Assembly (NCBI GenBank): GCA_026394395.1
Contig: JAPKYK010000004.1
Location: 44,542-108,541, forward strand
Reading direction: 5' to 3'
Length of the DNA: 64,000 nucleotides
Origin: Methanomassiliicoccales archaeon
GTDB taxonomy: Archaea; Thermoplasmatota; Thermoplasmata; Methanomassiliicoccales; UBA472
Below are positions 19,719 to 30,326 of this stretch, piece after piece. Numbering within the stretch: position 1 is the first letter of the stretch; each line of letters begins with the position of its first letter. The notes under the pieces are model-generated. The model had not been told where the DNA came from. It searched no databases and saw nothing but the letters and a program-made list of their open reading frames with translations. The position numbers and the translations under genes are program-made.

Positions 19719-20171
19719 ATGATCGAGCGCACCTTCGTGATGCTCAAGCCCGACGCCGTGCAGCGCGGCCTGATGGGTCAGATAGTCGCTCGTCTGGAGG
19801 CCAAGGGCTTCCGCCCGGTGGCCATGAAGTTCATGCGCATCCCGCGCGAACTGGCCGAAAGGCACTACGGCGAGCACAAGGGCAAGGGGTTCTTCCCCGG
19901 GCTCATAAACTACATGACCTCCGGTCCGGTGCTGGTAATGGTCTGGGAGGGGGACAACATCATCTCCGTGCTGCGGGGCATGATGGGCAAGACCAACCCG
20001 ATGGAGGCCGCGCCCGGCACCATCCGCGGGGACTTCGCCCAGCAGACCGGCCGTAACATCATACACGGCTCGGATTCGCCCGAGTCGGCCAAGAGGGAGA
20101 TCGAGCTGTTCTTCAACGACTACGAGCTCCTGAGCTACGAAGCCTGCAACAAGGTCTGGCTGTTCGAGTAG
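19719..20171 (+). CDS. ndk: nucleoside diphosphate kinase
   Basis: [16 protein letters not shown] and NIIHGSDS active-site motifs. ATG at 19719 preferred over the upstream GTG. Confidence 0.95.
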   Translation: MIERTFVMLKPDAVQRGLMGQIVARLEAKGFRPVAMKFMRIPRELAERHYGEHKGKGFFPGLINYMTSGPVLVMVWEGDNIISVLRGMMGKTNPMEAAPGTIRGDFAQQTGRNIIHGSDSPESAKREIELFFNDYELLSYEACNKVWLFE

Positions 20172-20281
20172 GACCAAATCCCTTCCTCAAACCCCAATTT
20201 TTTCATATTTTTATCGTCCAGCGTCAGCTCCGCAGGCCTGAAGCGACGTGGAAAAGTTACTAATACGCATTCCTGAATCCG

Positions 20282-22036
20282 ATGTCCATGACCATCCGTC
20301 AGCCCATAGTCAGCGTGCTGGGCCATGTGGACCATGGCAAGACTAGCCTGCTCGATTACATCCGGGGCACGGCGGTCATAACGCACGAGGCGGGGCGCAT
20401 CACTCAGCACATCGGGGCGACGGAGGTCCCGTTGGACCACGTCTACAAGGTCTGCGCCAAGCTGATCGGCAGCAAGAAGTTCAACGTGCCCGGGCTGCTC
20501 TTCATCGACACCCCCGGGCATCATTCCTTCATCACCTTGCGCGCGCGCGGCGGCTCCCTGGCGGACATCGCCATCCTGGTCATCGACATCAACGAGGGGC
20601 TGAAGCCGCAGACCGTGGAATCCATCAACATACTGCGGCGCTTCAAGACGCCCTTCATCATCGCCCTCAACAAGATCGACCTGGTGGACGGCTGGATCAC
20701 CCACGCCTCCTCCCCCTTCATCCTCTCGGAGAAGGCCCAGACCGAGGAGGCCCAGGCTGCGCTGAGCGATAAGCTCTACAACATAGTCGGCCGCCTGGCC
20801 GAAGAGGGGCTGTCCTCCGAACGTTACGATCACATCGAGAACTTCACCAAGAACATCGCCATCGTCCCCATCAGCGCCAAGAACGGTGAGGGCGTCCCGG
20901 ACCTCTTACTTGTGCTGGTCGGCCTGGCCCAGCGCTTCCTCGAGGAATCGCTGAAGACCGCGGAAGGACCGGCCAAAGGCACCATACTGGAGGTCAAGGA
21001 GGAGCACGGGCTGGGGCAGACCATTGACGTAATCCTATACGACGGCGAGCTGCGGCAGGGGGACACCATCGCCCTGGGCACAAAGGGAAAACCGCTGGTC
21101 ACCAAGGTGAAGGCCATACTGAAGCCCAAGCCCCTGGACGAGATACGCGACCCGCGGGACAAGTTCGACCGCATGAAGGAGATCTCCGCCGCCGCCGGAG
21201 TGAAACTGCTGTGCCAGAACCTGGACGGGGTCGTCGCCGGGGCACCCATCAGGGCCATCAAGGGCAATCAGGCCGAGGTGCTGTCTGAGATAGCCGAGGA
21301 GACCAAGATAAACATCGAGGTGGCCGACGACGGCCTGATGATAAAGGCCGACGCCCTCGGCTCGCTGGAAGCGCTGGCGTATGAGTGCAAGCGCGCCGCC
21401 ATCCCCATCCGCAAGTACGAGACCGGGGACATCTCCCGGCGCGACATCACCGAGGTGAACGCCTACAACGACCCGCTGCACAAGGTCGTCCTGGGGTTCA
21501 CCGTCAACATGCTCCCGGACGCCAAGGAGGCGCTCCTGAACCACAACGCCAAGGTCTTCACCAACGACGTGGTCTACGGCCTCATCGATGACTACCAGAA
21601 GTGGGTGGAGGAAGAGAAGCGCAAGGCGGAGCTGGCCAAGCGCGCCCTGGTGGCCTTCCCCGGCAAAATAAAGATCCTTCCCAACTGCGTCTTCCGGGCC
21701 AGCAAGCCAGCCATCGTCGGCGTGCGCGTGCTGGCCGGACGCATCCGCAACAACCAGAAGCTCATCTCTCCCGACGGCAAGGAGATCGGTCGCATACGCT
21801 CGCTGCGCACCGGCGAGGACGTCCTCAAAGAAGCGATAGCCGGCCAAGAGATCGCCATAGCCATCGAGGGCGCCACGGTCGGCCGCCAGATGGACGTGGA
21901 GGACATACTCTACGTGGACATCCTAGAATCGGAGATAAAGAACCTGCAGGACTACGACCTCAACGTCGACGAGAAGGAGGTCCTGGAGCAGTTTCTGGAG
22001 ATCAAGCGCAAGACCGACCCGTTCTGGGGAATGTGA
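20282..22036 (+). CDS. infB: translation initiation factor aIF5B (IF2 family GTPase)
   Basis: [25 protein letters not shown] and NKID GTPase motifs. 584 aa. Confidence 0.95.
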   Translation: MSMTIRQPIVSVLGHVDHGKTSLLDYIRGTAVITHEAGRITQHIGATEVPLDHVYKVCAKLIGSKKFNVPGLLFIDTPGHHSFITLRARGGSLADIAILVIDINEGLKPQTVESINILRRFKTPFIIALNKIDLVDGWITHASSPFILSEKAQTEEAQAALSDKLYNIVGRLAEEGLSSERYDHIENFTKNIAIVPISAKNGEGVPDLLLVLVGLAQRFLEESLKTAEGPAKGTILEVKEEHGLGQTIDVILYDGELRQGDTIALGTKGKPLVTKVKAILKPKPLDEIRDPRDKFDRMKEISAAAGVKLLCQNLDGVVAGAPIRAIKGNQAEVLSEIAEETKINIEVADDGLMIKADALGSLEALAYECKRAAIPIRKYETGDISRRDITEVNAYNDPLHKVVLGFTVNMLPDAKEALLNHNAKVFTNDVVYGLIDDYQKWVEEEKRKAELAKRALVAFPGKIKILPNCVFRASKPAIVGVRVLAGRIRNNQKLISPDGKEIGRIRSLRTGEDVLKEAIAGQEIAIAIEGATVGRQMDVEDILYVDILESEIKNLQDYDLNVDEKEVLEQFLEIKRKTDPFWGM

Positions 22037-22705
22037 TCATCTTTCCTTGCCGCAATGAGGGCAGTACTTGCCATCGGACTCTGAGGTCTCCCCGCAATGG
22101 AGGCATTTCTTCTTTCGTTCCGTGAGCACCTTTTCCAGCTTGATCTTGGTGTAGAAGTTCACCAAGAGCAGGAAGGCCACGCCGATCAGGCCGATAAGGA
22201 CCATGAGGGCGATGAACAGGTCCCAGCGGGACTCCTGCTGCATCTCCACGTTGTCAGCCGTAACTTCATAGTGGACCGTTAGTTCGGCCGGAGAACTGGG
22301 GGCGCTTCCGACGTCCGTGTTGTCGATGACAAGCACGTACTGCCCGGCGCTGAACAATAGCACGTAGTTGTAGGCGGGGATCACCCCGGCGTTATTGGAG
22401 CACCAACCGATGACAAGCTGGAATACGCCCCCGGAGATGTACTCCTGGTAGCTGCCCAGGTCCATGATGAAGACGTCGAAACTGTCCTGCAACGAATCCT
22501 GGTCCAGATATACCAGGTAGCGCACGTTCCCGGCCTCGGACGAATCGTTCAGCGAAACTTCAGAGACGGTGAAGTTGAGAAGGACCAGATGCCCGTTGGC
22601 AGCAATGACCGCCTCCCCGTCCGTAGACATCGCTGACGCGGAACCGGGAACGGCAGCGGCCATCAGGACCGCCAGGACCATAAGAAGCACTGCCGCCTTG
22701 GACAT
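22037..22705 (-). CDS. membrane protein: signal peptide, extracellular domain, one TM, cytoplasmic zinc ribbon
   Basis: N-terminal AVLMAAAVPGSASA, a TM near the C-terminus, then CLHCG...CPHCG. Confidence 0.5.
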   Translation of the reverse strand: MSKAAVLLMVLAVLMAAAVPGSASAMSTDGEAVIAANGHLVLLNFTVSEVSLNDSSEAGNVRYLVYLDQDSLQDSFDVFIMDLGSYQEYISGGVFQLVIGWCSNNAGVIPAYNYVLLFSAGQYVLVIDNTDVGSAPSSPAELTVHYEVTADNVEMQQESRWDLFIALMVLIGLIGVAFLLLVNFYTKIKLEKVLTERKKKCLHCGETSESDGKYCPHCGKER

Positions 22706-22775
22706 ACCCGATTATCTGTTTTCCCATAGATAAACCATGGTCAGGGTTATCTACACTTACGGTGTTCCACGGGCA

Positions 22776-24341
22776 ATGAGTCGAAGGACGGTCATCCACA
22801 AGTACAACCCGGCCAACCTCGAGTTCGTGGGGGAGGCCGAGGTCACGCCTTCCGAGGAAGTGCCAAAGATCATTGACACTGCACGAAAGGCCCAGGCGGA
22901 ATGGGCCGCCCTGCCGCTAGATAAGAGGAAGAACATCCTGCACCAGGTGCAGAACGCCCTGGCCAAACGGACCGACGAGTTCGTCGGGCTGGTCTCCCAG
23001 GAGACCGGCAAGCCGGCCATGGAAGCGCTGGCGACGGACGTCATGAACGCCCTCAGCGTGGGCGACTTCGCCGTGGGGCGCATGGAGCACATCTTCCGCG
23101 AGAGCACGGTGGACTTCGGCAGCCTCTCCACCATGATGCGCTACATGGGCCGCTCGTCCCACATGATACCGCGTCCGCTGGGGGTGGTGGGCATAATCGC
23201 CACCTGGAACTATCCCCTGGCCATACCCTATTCCCAGGCCATGATGGCTCTGGCCGCCGGGAACGCCGTGATACTGAAACCCTCATCGCACACGCCGCTC
23301 ACGGCCCTACGCATGGGGGAGATGATGCTCAAGACGGGTATCCCGGAGGGGCTCATGCAGGTCATCGTCGGCTCCGGGGAAGAGGTCGGCGAGGCCCTGG
23401 TCAGGTCCAACGTCGACCGCCTGGTCTTCACCGGTCACCCGGACGTCGGCCACAGGATCATGACGGTGGCGGCGCAGCGCCTGACGCCCCTGACCCTCGA
23501 GCTGGGGGGCAAGGACGCCTTCATCGTGCTGAAGGACGCCGACCTGAGAAGGGCGGCCAAGGCCGCCTGCTGGGGCTCCTTCGTGAACTGCGGGCAGACC
23601 TGCGTGGCGGTGAAGCGCATCTACCTGCACCGTTCCGTCGAGAAGAAGTTCACCGAGCTCTTCCTGGAGGAGGTGCGCGCCCTCAAGCAGGGCTACGACC
23701 CAGAGGACCCCTCGCTCACCGTCGGTCCCCTCATCTCCGAGAAGGCGATCAAGGACATGGAGACACAAGTGGCCCGGGCCCTGGAGCAGGGGGCCAAGAT
23801 CCTCATCGGAGGACAACGGAAGCCGGGGGAGAAGGGCTATTTCTTCGAGCCGACAGTGATAACTAACGCCGCGCAAAGCTCGGACATCGTGCAGAAAGAG
23901 ACCTTCGGACCGATCGTCGTGCTGCTGACCTTCGACAGCGAGGAGGAGGTCGTGCGCCTCAACAATGACTCCCTCTACGCCCTCAACGGCAGCGTGTGGA
24001 CCTCCGACCTGGAGAAGGGAAGGGAGATCGCCACCCGGCTGCGGTCCGGAACCATCACTGTCAATAATGTCGCCTACACCTATGGGCTCGGCGCGACGCC
24101 CTGGGGCGGCCGGGGGGAGAGCGGCTTCGGGCGCACCCACGGTGACAATGGCTTCGAGGAGATGATAGAACGCCAGCACGTGCACCTGGACCGGGGCAAA
24201 TTCTCCTCGGAGATATGGTGGCCCCCGTACAGCGAAGAAGGCATGGAGGCCATGCGGGACTTCACCATGCTGGCCTTCGTCGGGGAGAAGGACCGCATGC
24301 TGCAGCGGTTGTTAAGGGCCCGCCAGTTCATGAAGCGCTGA
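22776..24341 (+). CDS. NAD(P)-dependent aldehyde dehydrogenase family protein
   Basis: ELGGKDA and FVNCGQTCVAVKR (catalytic Cys) motifs. ATG at 22776 preferred over the track start. Confidence 0.85.
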   Translation: MSRRTVIHKYNPANLEFVGEAEVTPSEEVPKIIDTARKAQAEWAALPLDKRKNILHQVQNALAKRTDEFVGLVSQETGKPAMEALATDVMNALSVGDFAVGRMEHIFRESTVDFGSLSTMMRYMGRSSHMIPRPLGVVGIIATWNYPLAIPYSQAMMALAAGNAVILKPSSHTPLTALRMGEMMLKTGIPEGLMQVIVGSGEEVGEALVRSNVDRLVFTGHPDVGHRIMTVAAQRLTPLTLELGGKDAFIVLKDADLRRAAKAACWGSFVNCGQTCVAVKRIYLHRSVEKKFTELFLEEVRALKQGYDPEDPSLTVGPLISEKAIKDMETQVARALEQGAKILIGGQRKPGEKGYFFEPTVITNAAQSSDIVQKETFGPIVVLLTFDSEEEVVRLNNDSLYALNGSVWTSDLEKGREIATRLRSGTITVNNVAYTYGLGATPWGGRGESGFGRTHGDNGFEEMIERQHVHLDRGKFSSEIWWPPYSEEGMEAMRDFTMLAFVGEKDRMLQRLLRARQFMKR

Positions 24342-24398
24342 GACGGAAAACGGTATTATAGCATTGTACTGCTTGATAGAGAACACCGAGGACGTCAG

Positions 24399-25061
24399 AT
24401 GAAGAGCAAAGGTTGGAACCGCCGGGCCAAATGGTACTTCGGCCTGACCGTGGCCCTCATTCTCATTGCCTGGTCCTACACCTGGTTCAGCCGAGAGGTC
24501 CCTCTGCATCACCAGCTGCTGATCCCCTTCGCCTTCGTCACGCTTGGTATGGCGATAAAGTACGGGGACCAGGTCTTCGACCTGGGCATCGGCAGCAAGC
24601 GCAGCGCCATATTACTGTCCATACCAACCGGGGCGCTCATGGGGGCGCTGATATTCCTGGACGAGGGTTCGGCCACCATCTTCATCGGGCTGCTGCTGGC
24701 CCTGCTGATAGCGTCCAAGTACGACAACATCGCCTTCCAGCTAGGGTTCATGGCCGCCGGGGCCCTGACCATACTGGCGGTGATCAACGGGAACCCCTTC
24801 CACGGTGTAGGGGCTATAGTGGTCATGGTGGCGGCCTTCGCCGACGAGGTCCTCAGCGACCGCGGGGACCGCATGCCCGACAGTCCGTTGGCCAAAGTGC
24901 TGAGGGAACGTCTGGTGCTGAAGGTGGCCGTGCTGCTGCTGTGCGTGGTGGCCATACTTCCGACGTACCTCTATTTCATCGCCTTCCTGGGCTTCGATAC
25001 CGGCTACTCCTTCGTGGAGCAGATCAGCATATCAGGGGGGATCGGCCATCGAAAGCCATGA
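24399..25061 (+). CDS. polytopic membrane protein of unknown function
   Basis: About 6 hydrophobic segments. Two acidic motifs, YGDQVFD and FADEVLSD. 1-nt gap to the next gene. Confidence 0.5.
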   Translation: MKSKGWNRRAKWYFGLTVALILIAWSYTWFSREVPLHHQLLIPFAFVTLGMAIKYGDQVFDLGIGSKRSAILLSIPTGALMGALIFLDEGSATIFIGLLLALLIASKYDNIAFQLGFMAAGALTILAVINGNPFHGVGAIVVMVAAFADEVLSDRGDRMPDSPLAKVLRERLVLKVAVLLLCVVAILPTYLYFIAFLGFDTGYSFVEQISISGGIGHRKP

Positions 25062-25062
25062 C

Positions 25063-26097
25063 GTGATAGTGCTGGGGGCCGGTCCGGCGGGGGCCGCCGC
25101 CGCCTTCTTCCTTTCCCATCTCAGCAAAGGCAAGCTGAACGTGCTTTCCCTGGAGAAATTGGGCCCGAACTACGACCGCTACCACCGCATGTGCGGAGAG
25201 GCGGTGAGCCATAAGGCGTTCGCCGACCTTTCTCCGCTGACCCCGGGAGCGGTGACCTTCGAGATATCACGCACGATAGAGCACTGGCCGGGGGACATCG
25301 ACATAGATACGCCCTCCCGAGGGTACATCCTGGACCGCCCGGCCTTCCTGCACCAGCTGCTGGAAAAAGCAGGCAAGGAGGGATGCCATCTGGAGCAGGG
25401 GTCGGCGGTGAAGATAACCCGGGACGACGGACTCCACACCGTGGTGACCCGGAACGGCCAGGAATACCGGTCCAAGTGGCTGGTCGGCGCCGACGGCTGG
25501 AACTCCCTGGTGCGGAGGACCTTCTTTACGGGCGGACCCCGCCTGCTGTGGGCGGAGCAGTACGTCACCGAGGATAGGACGGAGAGGGACGCCATGCACT
25601 TCTACTACGACCAGAGGTACCAGGGAGGGTATCGCTGGGTCTTCCCGCACGAGAAGGGGAGCCGGATCGGCTTCACCCGCGGTGCGGACCCTCGCCCGGT
25701 GTTCATCGAAAGGCAGGGCCGTCCCATCCCCTACGATTATCACGAGACGGTGAGCGGGAACGCCTGCCTGGTGGGCGACGCCGCCGGCCAGGTGAACCCC
25801 CTGACCTTCGGGGGCATCCGCATCAGCATGGTGGCGGCCAAGATGGCCGCGGCCTCCATCGTGAAAGGCGACCTGGCGTCATACGCCAAGGACTGGGCCA
25901 GATCGCCTTACGCGCTTTCACTTTACACCAAGGCCTTCGACGCCCTGAAGGGCATGGACAACGCCTCGCTGCAGCGCTCCATAAGCCCCTTCCGCAAAGG
26001 GTACGGGAGGATGGCCGGGCTGAGGGCCATGACCCTGGGAAAGGAGAACAGGTTATTGAACCGTGCCTACAGCAAGGCGGCGAAATGGGGCTGGTGA
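25063..26097 (+). CDS. geranylgeranyl reductase family FAD-dependent oxidoreductase (paralogue 1)
   Basis: IVLGAGPAGAAAA dinucleotide fold, MCGEAVS, LVGADGWNSLVRR, GDAAGQVNPLTFGGI. Confidence 0.75.
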   Translation: MIVLGAGPAGAAAAFFLSHLSKGKLNVLSLEKLGPNYDRYHRMCGEAVSHKAFADLSPLTPGAVTFEISRTIEHWPGDIDIDTPSRGYILDRPAFLHQLLEKAGKEGCHLEQGSAVKITRDDGLHTVVTRNGQEYRSKWLVGADGWNSLVRRTFFTGGPRLLWAEQYVTEDRTERDAMHFYYDQRYQGGYRWVFPHEKGSRIGFTRGADPRPVFIERQGRPIPYDYHETVSGNACLVGDAAGQVNPLTFGGIRISMVAAKMAAASIVKGDLASYAKDWARSPYALSLYTKAFDALKGMDNASLQRSISPFRKGYGRMAGLRAMTLGKENRLLNRAYSKAAKWGW

Positions 26098-26101
26098 GAC
26101 G

Positions 26102-27298
26102 ATGGACTGCGATGTTCTGGTGGTGGGGGCCGGTCCGGCCGGGAGCGGCGCGGCCAGGTCCTCGGCGATGAGCGGGGCGAGGACGCTGATGATCGACAAG
26201 AAGAAGGAGATCGGCACCCCGGTGCAGTGCGGCGAGGTCATCGGCCTGGAGCTGGTCAAACGCTCGGGCATGCGCATCCCGGCGCAGACCGTCGTGGCCC
26301 GCCACTCCTTCACCCGCTTCGTGCTCGGGCGCGAGGCGGTCATCGATAACTTCGAACCGTACTGGCGCAGCGTAACCGTAGAGCGGAAGATCTTCGACAA
26401 GCACCTGGCCATGAGGGCGGCCAGGGCCGGGGCCTCGGTGCAGGCGGACACCAGGCTGGTATCGGCGAAGGTGAGCGACGGGAAGGTCGAGAGCTGCCTC
26501 CTGATTCATCGCGGACAGGAGGTGGAGATATCGCCCAAGGTCGTGGTGGCCGCGGACGGGGTGCACTCCACCATGTCCAAGGCCATGGGGGCGGAGTTCT
26601 TCTCCCCCCAGGACGTTGCGAGGGGAGTAGAGTTCGAGCTGGTGGCCAAGAAGGACCTGCCAGAATGCATGCAGATATTCATCGAGGGCGAGATCGGCCT
26701 GGGCTACGGCTGGATCATTCCCAAAGGTAAAAGGAGGGCCAACGTGGGCCTCGGGCTGGTCGGCGTCAACGCTTCCCGACGAACATTCCTCGAGGACTGG
26801 ATCTCCGAGCATCCGGTCGTCTCCAGGTACTTCGACGTGGACAAGGTGCTGGAGGTCAAGATGGGCGATGCGCCGGTACCAGGCTTCCTGGGCGGGCCGG
26901 TCCGAGGCAACGTCCTCTTCTGCGGGGACGCCGCCGGGCAAACGCTCGCGTTCGTGGGCGAGGGCATCATGCCCTCCTACATCTGCGGCGGTCTGGCTGG
27001 AAAACACGCCGCCCTCATGGTCAAGGGCGCGGGGCAGCGCTACGAGGAGGAGCTCGTGGAGGTCATGGGCGGGCAGCTGATGATGGGGGCGGTGCTGCGG
27101 GACACCCTCGTGGAGCTGTGGTCCTCGGAGAGCATCGATGTCCGCCTGCGTTCGCTGCTGTCGGGAGCGGTCATGAACGAGCTGGTCTCGCCGGACGACA
27201 TGATGTATTCCCTGCCGTCCTTGGAGCGGGAGCCGATAAAGACCATCCAGTCGTTGATAAAAGGAAGCGGCCGGAACATCCGGGCGAGGCGCTGTTAA
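26102..27298 (+). CDS. geranylgeranyl reductase family (digeranylgeranylglycerophospholipid reductase-like, paralogue 2)
   Basis: DVLVVGAGPAGSGAA, VQCGEVI, VVAADGVHS, CGDAAGQT. ATG at 26102. Confidence 0.8.
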   Translation: MDCDVLVVGAGPAGSGAARSSAMSGARTLMIDKKKEIGTPVQCGEVIGLELVKRSGMRIPAQTVVARHSFTRFVLGREAVIDNFEPYWRSVTVERKIFDKHLAMRAARAGASVQADTRLVSAKVSDGKVESCLLIHRGQEVEISPKVVVAADGVHSTMSKAMGAEFFSPQDVARGVEFELVAKKDLPECMQIFIEGEIGLGYGWIIPKGKRRANVGLGLVGVNASRRTFLEDWISEHPVVSRYFDVDKVLEVKMGDAPVPGFLGGPVRGNVLFCGDAAGQTLAFVGEGIMPSYICGGLAGKHAALMVKGAGQRYEEELVEVMGGQLMMGAVLRDTLVELWSSESIDVRLRSLLSGAVMNELVSPDDMMYSLPSLEREPIKTIQSLIKGSGRNIRARRC

Positions 27299-27389
27299 GC
27301 CTCCCCCCATATCCCATTTTTCCACCAATAATTATTTAAGTGGTACTACATTAGGGCGAAATACTCGTAACGCTCAAAAGGTGTTTGGA

Positions 27390-27785
27390 ATGGTTGAATT
27401 CAAGGCCGTTGTTAATGATCTGAAGACCGGCAAGTCTTACAATGTCCCAGTATCGGGACATCATGCCAACTCCCTGATCGGGAAGAAGATAGGCGACACC
27501 ATAGATGGGATATTCGTTGGGCTGCCTGGCTACAAGCTATCGATCACTGGTGGAAGCGACAAGGACGGCTTCGCCATGAGGAAGGACCTCCCCGGCCCGC
27601 GGAGGAAGAAGCTGCTGCTGACCACCAGCACCGGCTTCTACACCACCGAGGGCGGACTGAGGAAGAGGAAGTCCGTGCGCGGGAACGCCGTGGCCACCGA
27701 CACCATCCAGATAAACATGAAGATCGTTTCTCAGGGACCGAAGCCGGTCGAAGAACTGATCGTCAAAAAAGAGGAGAAGAAATAA
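27390..27785 (+). CDS. rps6e: ribosomal protein S6e
   Basis: [17 protein letters not shown]...[11 protein letters not shown]. Confidence 0.9.
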   Translation: MVEFKAVVNDLKTGKSYNVPVSGHHANSLIGKKIGDTIDGIFVGLPGYKLSITGGSDKDGFAMRKDLPGPRRKKLLLTTSTGFYTTEGGLRKRKSVRGNAVATDTIQINMKIVSQGPKPVEELIVKKEEKK

Positions 27786-29017
27786 TGAAGGTGTCCCGCC
27801 AGCCTGAGGTCAACATCGGAATGATCGGTCACGTGGACCATGGGAAGACCACGCTGACCAAGGCTCTTTCCGGTGACTGGACCGACAGACATTCTGAGGA
27901 GATCAAGAGGGGCATCTCCATCAGGCTGGGGTACGCTGACGTCGCCTTCTACAAGTGCAAGAAGTGCGAAGAGGAAACCTATTCCAACACCCCCATATGC
28001 AAGGTCTGCGGCGGCGAGGCCGAGTTCGTGCGCTCCGTTTCTTTCGTCGACGCGCCCGGGCACGAGACCCTCATGGCCACGATGCTTTCAGGAGCGGCCA
28101 TGATGGACGGCGCTCTGTTATTGGTCGCCGCCAACGAAGAATGCCCCCAGCCCCAGACCAAGGAGCACCTGATGGCCTTGTCCATCATCGGCGTGCAGAA
28201 CATCATCATCGTGCAGAACAAGATCGACATCGTCACTCGCGAGGAAGCCCTCGAGAACTACAACCAGATCAAGAAGTTCGTTAAGGGCACCATCGCCGAG
28301 GACGCCCCGATCATCCCCGTTTCCGCCCATCACGACGTCAACATCGACAAGCTCATCACCGCCATCCAGAAGCACATACCGACGGTGAAGCACGACGAGA
28401 AGAAGTCGCCCAAGATGTACGTCGCTCGCTCGTTCGACATCAACCAGCCTGGGAACTCCGTTGACGATCTCAAGGGCGGCGTCCTCGGTGGCACGCTCAT
28501 GCAGGGCACGCTGAAGGTCGGCGACGAGATCGAGATATCCCCCGGCAGAAAAGTTGAACTGCCCGGCGGCAAGTTCAGCTGGGAGACCATTACCACTACT
28601 ATCGAGTCGCTGCACACCGGCGGCGGCCCCATCAACAAGATCAAGTCCGGCGGCCTGGTGGCCATCGGCACCAAGCTGGACCCGGCAATGACCAAGTCGG
28701 ACGGATTGACCGGAAGGGTAGTCGGAAAGCCGGGGACGCTTCCAGAGGTCCATTTCAAGTTCAAGATGAGCACCCACCTGCTCGAGCGCGTCGTGGGGAC
28801 CAGCGACGACATGGTAGTGGAGAACATCAAGACCAACGAGCCCCTGATGCTGAGCATCGGGACGGCGACAACGGTGGGATTGGTAACCAGCGCCCGCGGT
28901 GATTCTTCCGAGGTCGCGCTGAAGATCCCGGTCTGCGCCGAAGAGGGGCAGCGCGTGGCCATCTCCCGCAAGATCGCCAATAAGTGGCGCCTGATCGGCT
29001 TCGGCATCGTCGAGTGA
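27785..29017 (+). CDS. translation initiation factor aIF2 gamma subunit
   Basis: [15 protein letters not shown], zinc knuckle CKKC...CKVCG, DAPGHE, NKID. TAATG overlap with rps6e. Confidence 0.95.
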   Translation: MKVSRQPEVNIGMIGHVDHGKTTLTKALSGDWTDRHSEEIKRGISIRLGYADVAFYKCKKCEEETYSNTPICKVCGGEAEFVRSVSFVDAPGHETLMATMLSGAAMMDGALLLVAANEECPQPQTKEHLMALSIIGVQNIIIVQNKIDIVTREEALENYNQIKKFVKGTIAEDAPIIPVSAHHDVNIDKLITAIQKHIPTVKHDEKKSPKMYVARSFDINQPGNSVDDLKGGVLGGTLMQGTLKVGDEIEISPGRKVELPGGKFSWETITTTIESLHTGGGPINKIKSGGLVAIGTKLDPAMTKSDGLTGRVVGKPGTLPEVHFKFKMSTHLLERVVGTSDDMVVENIKTNEPLMLSIGTATTVGLVTSARGDSSEVALKIPVCAEEGQRVAISRKIANKWRLIGFGIVE

Positions 29018-29023
29018 GGTCTC

Positions 29024-29377
29024 ATGCAGAAGGTGGTCCTGGACACCAACGCCCTGTTGATGCCCTTCGAGTTCAAGATGAACCTGGACCTGGAACTGGC
29101 CAGTCTTTTCGGGGAGTTCGAAGCGTACGTCCCCGGCCCGGTCATCGGCGAGCTGAAAAGGTCGGGGAGCAAGCACGCCAAGGCCGCGCTCATGCTGGCC
29201 GGCAAATACAAGCGCTACGAGACCTCCACGCAGGGCGACGCAGGCGTCCTGGAGGTGGCCAAGGCCCTGGGCGCCATGGTGGTCACCAACGATTACATCC
29301 TGCGGCGCAAGATGAGGCAGGAAGGCGTGCGCGCCGTTTTTCTCCGCTCGCGCAAGCGCCTGTGCATAGAAGAGTGA
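29024..29377 (+). CDS. PIN-domain protein (conserved archaeal partner of the aIF2gamma gene)
   Basis: VVLDTNALLMP....TNDYILRRK acidic PIN pattern, and conserved position after aIF2gamma. Confidence 0.7.
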   Translation: MQKVVLDTNALLMPFEFKMNLDLELASLFGEFEAYVPGPVIGELKRSGSKHAKAALMLAGKYKRYETSTQGDAGVLEVAKALGAMVVTNDYILRRKMRQEGVRAVFLRSRKRLCIEE

Positions 29378-29378
29378 A

Positions 29379-30242
29379 TCAGATCAGCGGACGGGGCGGG
29401 TCCTCCGGACCGTTCTTCGCTTTCAGGTTCATCTGCTGAAGGCGCACGGAGCAGATGTCCTTTCCGAGCTGCGTCAGGGCGAACACTGGCACCTTGGTGC
29501 CCACCTGCATGGCATCGCTCTCCTTGGCCATCCTCCACACGTGCTTGGAGGCGCACGCGGTGACGACGTCGCAAGTGTCCAGCAGCATCTTCGTCTCCCC
29601 CTCGTCCAGGCCACTGGTGTGCACGGCGAAGAGCACCACGCTCTCCCCCAGCTCCTTACGTATGAGAACGGCGTCGTTGCCTTTGGCCACGGTGACGCCT
29701 ATCTTGCGGAAGCCCAGGTCCCAGGCCAGGCGCGCCCCGGCCACCTGGTCTATGCGGGCGGTGGCGGGGTCCAGTACGTTATCCTTTCCGATGGCCGCGA
29801 TGACGCTGTCGATCGGAGACGTTTCCACCAATCCGGAGATGCGCCCGCCGATGCCCTGCACCAGCTCCGGGTCGGTGACGATGGCCGTACCGGAACCGTC
29901 GCAGACCACCACGGCGCAGTCCAGGATGCCCTTCGCCACGCACATGCCCATCAGCTCCGATATTCCGAAGGAAAGGAAGTCCCGCATGCGCATCTTGCGC
30001 CCGGGAGCGCACATGCCGAAGTCCTTGATGCGGAACTCGATGTTCTGGCGCACCAGTTCGGCGGTGATCTTCTCGATGCCCCGGTGCTTGAAGAACAGGG
30101 GGCAGTAGTCCACCTGCGGTTCACCGACCTCCACCACCTTGCCATCCTCGATGATCACTCTGGTCTTGCCCAAAGCCTCCATCACGTGCCGGTCCTTGGT
30201 CATTAAAAGGGGAAAGATGCCGGCGGATATCAATCCTCCCAA
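29379..30242 (-). CDS. DUF2099 family protein (putative methanogenesis marker protein 8)
   Basis: HVMEALGKTRVIIEDGKVVEVGEPQVDYCPLFFKHRGI...FRIKDFGMC recalled as the DUF2099 pattern. Start uncertain (TTG at 30242 or ATG at 30203). Confidence 0.55.
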   Translation of the reverse strand: MGGLISAGIFPLLMTKDRHVMEALGKTRVIIEDGKVVEVGEPQVDYCPLFFKHRGIEKITAELVRQNIEFRIKDFGMCAPGRKMRMRDFLSFGISELMGMCVAKGILDCAVVVCDGSGTAIVTDPELVQGIGGRISGLVETSPIDSVIAAIGKDNVLDPATARIDQVAGARLAWDLGFRKIGVTVAKGNDAVLIRKELGESVVLFAVHTSGLDEGETKMLLDTCDVVTACASKHVWRMAKESDAMQVGTKVPVFALTQLGKDICSVRLQQMNLKAKNGPEDPPRPLI

Positions 30243-30326
30243 GAACAGGCTAGTAAGTTTTTAATGGCGACAACTGATAACCAAGAAAGTGCTCTGCTAC
30301 GGAATGAATAGTAGCGGAGCGCGGAG

